This document shows, one piece after another, positions 58,319 to 64,000 of a stretch of 64,000 nt of DNA. The notes beneath the pieces were generated by a model, which did not search any database, was not told the DNA's origin, and was given only the letters and a program-made list of their open reading frames with translations. The DNA comes from Candidatus Omnitrophota bacterium (GTDB taxonomy: Bacteria > Omnitrophota > Gorgyraeia > Gygaellales > Profunditerraquicolaceae). Position numbers and translations under genes: made by a program. Each line of letters begins with the position of its first letter. The first letter of the stretch is position 1. Location of the stretch: positions 15,001-79,000 of the forward strand of contig JAZDMX010000014.1 of assembly GCA_043800555.1 (NCBI GenBank). Direction: 5' to 3'.

Positions 58319-58765
58319 ATGGGACATACCTGTAATTCAATAGTTATCAAAGCCCCGTATGATTTAGTATTTGATATTTCTAACGATATCCCGCGCTGGA
58401 CCGAATTATTCGGCAGCGAATACAAAAAAGCCGAGATTATAAAAAAAGAAGATAACAAGATTACTTTCCGCCTGACTGATGACGAAGACAAATCCTGGAT
58501 TTCCTGGAGGCTGCTTTATAAGGATAAATTCTTTACTTATTCCGAAAGGCAGGAACCAAAGTTCCCGTTTAAATATATGAAGATCGTCTGGCTCTATACA
58601 AAAAAACCGGAACAAGTGGATCTCACCTGGATTCAGCATTTTGAAATGGATGATAAAGCCAAGTTTGATGATGAGCAGGTGGAAGGCTTCATTAATAAAC
58701 ACTCCCAAGATAATCTTTTGATCTTTAAGAATGTAATTGAAAAGTTATCCACAACTGTAGCCTAG
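58319..58765 (+). CDS. SRPBCC (Bet v1-like) polyketide cyclase/dehydratase-like protein.
   Basis: At 148 aa, with predicted beta-alpha-beta START/Polyketide_cyc2-like topology; tentative. Confidence 0.45.
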   Translation: MGHTCNSIVIKAPYDLVFDISNDIPRWTELFGSEYKKAEIIKKEDNKITFRLTDDEDKSWISWRLLYKDKFFTYSERQEPKFPFKYMKIVWLYTKKPEQVDLTWIQHFEMDDKAKFDDEQVEGFINKHSQDNLLIFKNVIEKLSTTVA

Positions 58766-58808
58766 GTTTAAATCCGTCCTACCTCTGTGGATCAACAGGA
58801 GGCTAAAG

Positions 58809-59585
58809 ATGAATCAGGAATTAAAAGGTAAGGTAGCGATTGTAACAGGAGCAAGCCGGGGGATTGGCAAAGCCCTTGCCTGTACCGCAGCGGGTCTGGG
58901 AGCAAATTTGACTATTGCTGCCCGCGGCGAAGGCCCGTTAAAAGAAACAGCTGCTGAAATTGCCAAGCAATATAAGGTAGATGTTTTAACTGTTCCTTGC
59001 GATGTTACTAAGTTAGGGGATTTGGAGAATTTAGTGAATAAGACCAAAGAAAAATTCGGTAAGATCGATATCTTAATCAATAATGCCGGAGTTTCTTCGC
59101 AGTATCCTTTTCAGGAGCAGCCGATTGAGGATTTTGAAAGGCTTGCCCATACCAACTATTTGGGCTATGTGCGCCTGATTCGTTTGGTCATCAACGATAT
59201 GATAAAAAATAAGAGCGGAGCGATAATTAACATGGTTTCCGGTTCAACCTTATGCGATCCATTGCCAAGAAATTTTATCGTCTATAGCTCGTTGAAAGTC
59301 GGTTTACGTGCGTTTTCCAAAGGCCTTTTCTGGGAATTACGCGATCACGGCATAAAAGTAACTTCCATATTGCCCGGAGTTACGGATACAGACTTGACCG
59401 GGAAATTAAGCGAGATTACCAGTCAGTCCTCTAGGTTAATGAGCACTGAAGCGATTGAGGGCGCGGTCAGGTTTGCCCTGACTGTACCGCAAAATGTTTG
59501 TCCGTTAGAGATCGCGGTAATCAACCAGCAGACGCCTTGGACAGCCCCGGTAATCCCGTTTGAGCAGAAGCACCCCAGTAAATAA
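58809..59585 (+). CDS. Short-chain dehydrogenase/reductase (ketoreductase-like).
   Basis: TGASRGIGKA cofactor-binding motif, NNAG, and catalytic YSSLK. Confidence 0.8.
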   Translation: MNQELKGKVAIVTGASRGIGKALACTAAGLGANLTIAARGEGPLKETAAEIAKQYKVDVLTVPCDVTKLGDLENLVNKTKEKFGKIDILINNAGVSSQYPFQEQPIEDFERLAHTNYLGYVRLIRLVINDMIKNKSGAIINMVSGSTLCDPLPRNFIVYSSLKVGLRAFSKGLFWELRDHGIKVTSILPGVTDTDLTGKLSEITSQSSRLMSTEAIEGAVRFALTVPQNVCPLEIAVINQQTPWTAPVIPFEQKHPSK

Positions 59586-59632
59586 AACCCACCTCCACTT
59601 ACGATGTGGAGGAGGGAAAAGGAGGGTAAGAA

Positions 59633-60244
59633 ATGAAAAAAACAATTGTTTTGGCAGCGATTTTGTTTTTAGGCATAACAGGGATTGGTTTTGCCGCAGA
59701 GGGTAATTTATTGGTTGATGATTTTGAGATAGCAGTTTCTGCCGGCCCGGAGGGGACAGTTGATTTTGGCGCAGGCAATGGCTCAACTATAAAAGTTACC
59801 GCGGCAGCGGATGTTAAAAATACCGGTAAGCAGAGTTTAAAAGTAGATTTTGATGCGGTTACCGGTGGGTATATGTATGTTGCCCGGGGAGAAGGCCTTG
59901 ATGCGCATAATACCGGATGGCTCGTAAACCCCGACGATATCAAATGGCAGGATTACAAAGCCTTTTCTTTTTATATGTATGGTTCAGGTTCCAAAGGCAA
60001 AATAGCTTTTGATCTTAAGGATAACGGGAATGAAATCTGGCGTTTTATAGTCGAGGACAATTTCAAAGGCTGGAAGCAAATTATCTGCAATTTTGACCAA
60101 TTTACCGTCAGAGGCGATTGGCAGCCGCAGAGTTCCGATAATAACGGAATGCTTAATTTTCCAGTCAAGTCTTTTCAATTCGAGCCGCTTCCCCCGTTTA
60201 AAGGCATAATTTATTTTGATACAATGGAGTTGATCAAGAAATAA
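59633..60244 (+). CDS. Secreted beta-rich protein, possibly a carbohydrate-binding-module/CIA30-like fold.
   Basis: Signal peptide; no enzymatic motif. Confidence 0.3.
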   Translation: MKKTIVLAAILFLGITGIGFAAEGNLLVDDFEIAVSAGPEGTVDFGAGNGSTIKVTAAADVKNTGKQSLKVDFDAVTGGYMYVARGEGLDAHNTGWLVNPDDIKWQDYKAFSFYMYGSGSKGKIAFDLKDNGNEIWRFIVEDNFKGWKQIICNFDQFTVRGDWQPQSSDNNGMLNFPVKSFQFEPLPPFKGIIYFDTMELIKK

Positions 60245-60636
60245 TGCATAGACGGGATTTAAAGAACCTAAAAAAACGTTACCTTATTTGGTTTTATAAA
60301 ACTACCAAAGAGGCGTTGGATAAAATCGAGCGCAAATTTACCCAGGTTGATATCGACCGTTTTATCCTGGAAGAGTTGAAGAATTCGGATAAGGATAAAG
60401 CGGCCGAGTCTTTAATCGCCCGGTTTGAAGAGTATCTTCAAAAGAAGGAGACAGACGGCCTTAGTTTAAAATTCGAAAACAAAAAGGTAAGGCCGGATTA
60501 TTTATTCCTTTGCTGGAAATTAGAGGCGATTGAAAAAGCGATCGCCAAAGAGCTGGGGAAGAAAGCTCTCGAAGAGATAAAACTTCTTTATGAAGTCGAG
60601 ATGATCGAACGGATATTAAGGAGCACAGAGCACTAA
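60244..60636 (+). CDS. Hypothetical protein.
   Basis: ORF only, charged and helical. Confidence 0.25.
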   Translation: MHRRDLKNLKKRYLIWFYKTTKEALDKIERKFTQVDIDRFILEELKNSDKDKAAESLIARFEEYLQKKETDGLSLKFENKKVRPDYLFLCWKLEAIEKAIAKELGKKALEEIKLLYEVEMIERILRSTEH

Positions 60637-61545
60637 ATGTTTATTGACGCTCATAGTCATTGGTTACCGGAAGGCATAATCAAAAACGCCCATTTTTTCC
60701 ATAAGGGCTGGGGGGATATTGAGTCTCAGCTGAAGATGATGGATGAGGCGGGAATTGATAAGGCTGTTCTGTCTTATCCGACTAGTGATGCGCATCTGAA
60801 ATTGGGAAGCATATCCGAAGTTGTACGCATATTTAACGATCATGTCGCAAAAATCATCAAGAAATACCCGGATAGGTTTATCGGAGCGGCAACTCTGCCC
60901 ATAGACCACCAGTCGGATATGCTCAAAGAAATAAGGCGCGCGACAGAGGAATTAGGTTTTCAGGCCTTATCCCTGGGGACTAGTTATGCCGGCATTTATT
61001 TGGATGATGCAAGATTCCTGGATGTATATAAACTGGCGCAAAGCAAAAACCTGCCGATTTTCGTCCATCCGCAGATAGTAAAGCCGATAGGCAGCGAGCG
61101 CGTAGAGGATGCGCTGCTCACCCCCGTAATAGAATATGTATTTGATACGACGATGTGCATCGGAAAACTCCTGATGTCGGATATTTTGCGCGATTATCAA
61201 ACAAAGTTTATTTTCAGTTATTTTGGCGGAGTTACGCCGTTTTTGGCAAACAGGTTTGATGCGACTTATCAGATGCTGCGGGGCTTGAATTTTGTTAAGG
61301 ATTTGCAAGCCAGGCCCACAGAGTTATTGAAGAATATTTATGTGGATACCAGCGGAGATATGGCCAAAGCGAATTTCCAGGCAGCCCTGGAGTTATTCGG
61401 GCCGCAGCATATTTTATGGGGGAGCGACTGGCCGGCCAAGCGCGACATTGCCCCCGGCATCAATGCAATCAAGGATTTGAATATATCTGAAGCGGATAAA
61501 AATAGTATTTTAGGAGGTAATTTAGCTCAAATTCTTGCTCTTTAG
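60637..61545 (+). CDS. Amidohydrolase-2 family TIM-barrel metal-dependent hydrolase.
   Basis: N-terminal DAHSHW metal-binding motif and an Amidohydro_2 pattern. Confidence 0.6.
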   Translation: MFIDAHSHWLPEGIIKNAHFFHKGWGDIESQLKMMDEAGIDKAVLSYPTSDAHLKLGSISEVVRIFNDHVAKIIKKYPDRFIGAATLPIDHQSDMLKEIRRATEELGFQALSLGTSYAGIYLDDARFLDVYKLAQSKNLPIFVHPQIVKPIGSERVEDALLTPVIEYVFDTTMCIGKLLMSDILRDYQTKFIFSYFGGVTPFLANRFDATYQMLRGLNFVKDLQARPTELLKNIYVDTSGDMAKANFQAALELFGPQHILWGSDWPAKRDIAPGINAIKDLNISEADKNSILGGNLAQILAL

Positions 61546-61635
61546 CAATTTGTATCTGGTTTGTCTTATTTCTTGTGGGAGGTCCCGGGCTCGCTCAAGG
61601 CCTTGAGCGAACAAAGCGGCAGATTCATTGGTATC

Positions 61636-62010
61636 ATGATAAAATTCTTAAATCTGGTTATTGGCGGAGCAGCAGGAACAATTGCTCGATATGTTTTAGC
61701 CGGGGCTGTTTATAGAATAACCGGCTCAGCGTTTCCTTATGGAACGCTTATCGTCAATATTTCCGGGTGTTTTGTCTTAGGGGTCTTGGCGTCTTTAGCG
61801 GAGAAGAAGTTTATTCTAGGGCCTGACGCCCGGATATTGCTGATGATAGGTTTTTGCGGAGCGTTTACTACGTTCTCAACTTTGATCTTTGAAAGCGATA
61901 CTCTTGTAAGAAATGGGCAGGCGATAAAAGCATTCGGCAATATATTGGTCAGCGTAGTTTTGGGCCTTATTTTGTTTAGGGTCGGTTCTTTATTAGGCGA
62001 GATTATTTAA
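61636..62010 (+). CDS. crcB: Fluoride channel CrcB/Fluc.
   Basis: At 124 aa with four TM helices, it carries GxxGTxxRY and GFCGAFTTFSTF motifs. The ORF is open from 61561. Confidence 0.75.
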   Translation: MIKFLNLVIGGAAGTIARYVLAGAVYRITGSAFPYGTLIVNISGCFVLGVLASLAEKKFILGPDARILLMIGFCGAFTTFSTLIFESDTLVRNGQAIKAFGNILVSVVLGLILFRVGSLLGEII

Positions 62011-62024
62011 ACCGGGAGATAAAA

Positions 62025-62357
62025 ATGAAGATTCCTGCTGATGGCAAGCTCTTAAGGATTTTTATAGGCGAGGCCGACAAATGGAACGGCAAGCCGCTTT
62101 ATGAAGAGATCGTGCTTTTGGCTAAAAAAGAAGGAATGGCCGGGGCAACCGCTATAAAGGGATTTATGGGTTTTGGATGCAAGAGCCATATGCACACAGT
62201 AAATCTGCTTAGGTTATCCGAAGACTTGCCGGTTGTCATTGAAATAGTCGATAGTGAGGACAAAATCAATAAGCTTATTCCACAGCTTGATAATATGGTT
62301 AAGGAAGGCCTAATTACTCTGGAGAAAGCCAACGTAATTATGTACCGCGCGCAATAA
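62025..62357 (+). CDS. DUF190-family protein, a frequent crcB partner.
   Basis: LLRIFIGEADKWNGKPLYE N-terminus and a GATAIKGFMGFG motif. Confidence 0.6.
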   Translation: MKIPADGKLLRIFIGEADKWNGKPLYEEIVLLAKKEGMAGATAIKGFMGFGCKSHMHTVNLLRLSEDLPVVIEIVDSEDKINKLIPQLDNMVKEGLITLEKANVIMYRAQ

Positions 62358-62373
62358 AAAGGAGACAATTAAC

Positions 62374-63123
62374 ATGCAAATGGCAAAGGATGTTCATTTA
62401 ACGGGTAAAGATTTAACGCAAATGGTGCAGTTGCGCCAGCAGGATGTGGGTAAATACGCGATTGTCCCCGGCCCCAAGGATAGGCTGGAAGTCCTGATGA
62501 AGAAAATCGATAGTCCGGTAAAAAACTTCTCGTTTATGGAGTACACGATGTACACCGGCACTTATCAGGGAATAAAATTAACCGCAATTAACGGCGGCAG
62601 GTTTTCTACCGATACCTCCATTACCAGCGAAGTAATGTGTAATGCCAGGATCGACAATATCATCCGCGTGGGCACAGCCGGTTCTTTGGATGAAAATATA
62701 AAGGTAGGAGATTTGTTTGTGGTTGATGAGGTTATCCGGGGAGACGGAGTTACGCCTTATTATGTGGATAAGGATTTTGAAACCGTAGCCGACAAAAGAA
62801 TAGCCGATACGCTTTACGAAATCGGTAAGGCTATGGGATTAAATATTCATCGCGGCAAAGCCTGGACAACGGATGCGCTTTTACGCGAAACTAGAGAGAT
62901 AGTCGAAGCTAAGCGTAAGGAGGGGGCAAGGGCGGTAGATATGGTTTCTGCAACGCTCTTAACCATTGCCCAGACTTATGGCGTTAAGGCAGGTTCAATC
63001 TTAGCCGTAAGCGATAACGTGGTAACCGGCGAGATGGGCTTTATGAACCCTTTGTATTATATGGCTGAAGCCAACATCTTGAAAATTGCCCTTGAGGCAG
63101 TGGTAAAACTAGAGGGAAAATGA
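62374..63123 (+). CDS. PNP/UDP-family nucleoside phosphorylase (purine/uridine/MTA phosphorylase-like).
   Basis: PNP_UDP_1 motifs (AIVPGPKDR, IRVGTAGSL, DMVSAT). Confidence 0.65.
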   Translation: MQMAKDVHLTGKDLTQMVQLRQQDVGKYAIVPGPKDRLEVLMKKIDSPVKNFSFMEYTMYTGTYQGIKLTAINGGRFSTDTSITSEVMCNARIDNIIRVGTAGSLDENIKVGDLFVVDEVIRGDGVTPYYVDKDFETVADKRIADTLYEIGKAMGLNIHRGKAWTTDALLRETREIVEAKRKEGARAVDMVSATLLTIAQTYGVKAGSILAVSDNVVTGEMGFMNPLYYMAEANILKIALEAVVKLEGK

Positions 63124-64000
63124 AATTTTCTCCACTCTTCTGGCCGATCCAGCTTAAGGATGGCGTAGTTTACATCCTTGATGAAACTCTCCTGCCGCGC
63201 AAGCTTACCTATATAAAGACTAAGAATTACCAGGAAGCCTGCCGCGCAATTAAGGAAATGAAAACCCGGGCCGTAGGCCAGGTTCTTTTAGTGATGTATA
63301 TTTTCCTGCAGTTAATTAAGCGAGGAAAACAAAAGGACCTGGCAAAAGTAGCTAACGCCATAAACTCGACCCGGCCGACATTATCGTTTAAGTTTTTAAC
63401 GGATATGGTTCTGGGTTGGGCCAAATCCGGAGCCCCCTTAGAAAAATGCATTCTAGGATTCTTAGAAGGTTTAAAATACAGCCGGATTAAACAGGCAGAA
63501 GAAGCCAATACGCTAATTAATGATGGAGATTCAATCCTTACCCATTGCAACATTAGCGGGCTTTTGCCTTTAATCGGAGAGATTTGCCGCAAGCAGGGAA
63601 AGAGAATACGTTTTTTTGCTACTGAAACCCGGCCATATATGCAAGGCTCGCGTTTAACCGCCTGGGAATTAAAACAGGCTGGTTTTGATGTTACTTTAAT
63701 CACTGACGGAATGACTGCCGCGGTTATGTCGCTGGGTAAAGTAAATAAAGTTATTGTCGGAGCAGATCATTTGGCGCAAAATGGCGATATCGCTAATAAA
63801 ATCGGGACTTACGGTATTGCGGTTTTAGCCAAGCATTTTAAATTGCCTTTTTATGTTTTATGCCCGCCGGCTTCCGGGTTAAGGAGCGGCAAAGATATTA
63901 AAATCGAGATAAGGCCGGATAAAGAGATGTTGGAGTACCAGGGTTTACGCTTAGCGCCCAAAGGCGCGAAAGGTTATTATCCGGCATTCGATGTTACACC
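63120..64000 (+). CDS. e2b2-family isomerase (ribose-1,5-bisphosphate isomerase or methylthioribose-1-phosphate isomerase), 3'-partial at the window edge.
   Basis: ETRPYMQGSRLTAWEL, LITDGMTAAVM and GADHLAQNGDIANKIGTY motifs. Its ATG overlaps the upstream TGA. Confidence 0.65.
   Translation, partial: MKFSPLFWPIQLKDGVVYILDETLLPRKLTYIKTKNYQEACRAIKEMKTRAVGQVLLVMYIFLQLIKRGKQKDLAKVANAINSTRPTLSFKFLTDMVLGWAKSGAPLEKCILGFLEGLKYSRIKQAEEANTLINDGDSILTHCNISGLLPLIGEICRKQGKRIRFFATETRPYMQGSRLTAWELKQAGFDVTLITDGMTAAVMSLGKVNKVIVGADHLAQNGDIANKIGTYGIAVLAKHFKLPFYVLCPPASGLRSGKDIKIEIRPDKEMLEYQGLRLAPKGAKGYYPAFDVT

Noticed and set aside
61546-61635. Looked for a fluoride riboswitch upstream of crcB.
   Set aside because: No GGCGATGG...CCGCC-type conserved core or pseudoknot signature was visible. 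It would need a covariance-model search to exclude.

Overview
This 64 kb window looks like a low-to-mid-GC, almost fully co-directional bacterial chromosome segment; only one of about 70 genes, comM, is on the minus strand. Lineage cannot be determined from sequence alone. The gene content has an anaerobe, candidate-phylum flavour with several archaeal-type families: an EndoQ-like PHP nuclease, a PAC2-like protein, a UPF0280-like protein, an e2b2-family ribose-1,5-bisphosphate/MTR-1-P isomerase, a split carB, and hydrogenase maturation hypCDE plus a HypF fragment.

Core content:
- An ECF/Cbi-type ABC ATPase with a His-rich tail, a thioredoxin-DsbD-like membrane protein, and an HtpX protease.
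- An intact IS256-family insertion sequence lying just upstream of a pyrR-led pyrimidine operon.
- The pyrimidine genes pyrR-pyrB-pyrC, then an endoQ-like gene, tRNA-Arg, the carB C-terminal half, mutM, and pyrK-pyrD-pyrF.
- Two tRNAs (Val, Asp) next to an HTH protein.
- A hypF(Kae1-only)-hypC-hypD group, separated from hypE by a transglutaminase, a PilZ fusion protein, an EndoIII-like gene, an M20 peptidase and a PAC2-like gene.
- A tandem pair of Ddl-like ATP-grasp ligases followed by lysine 2,3-aminomutase and an EF-G paralog.
- A degenerate YchF gene, then purH-folC-mnmE-folE.
- A three-gene segment (PKD lipoprotein, HExxH protein, comM) bracketed by two copies of the same 20-bp-stem palindromic element.
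- An accA-padR block that leads into the most unusual region.

The most unusual region is 51.0-61.5 kb, a compact biosynthetic locus reminiscent of a type II polyketide synthase. It encodes an active ketosynthase plus a catalytic-triad-less partner, an ACP, SRPBCC and PF04199-type cyclases, SDR and PanE-like reductases, a B12-binding radical SAM enzyme, an internally duplicated Cys-rich protein and an amidohydrolase. It appears to be under a PadR regulator with a perfect palindromic operator candidate. The window ends with crcB-DUF190 and a nucleoside phosphorylase plus an e2b2 isomerase pair.

All calls are from reading the six-frame translations and the DNA. No database searches were run.
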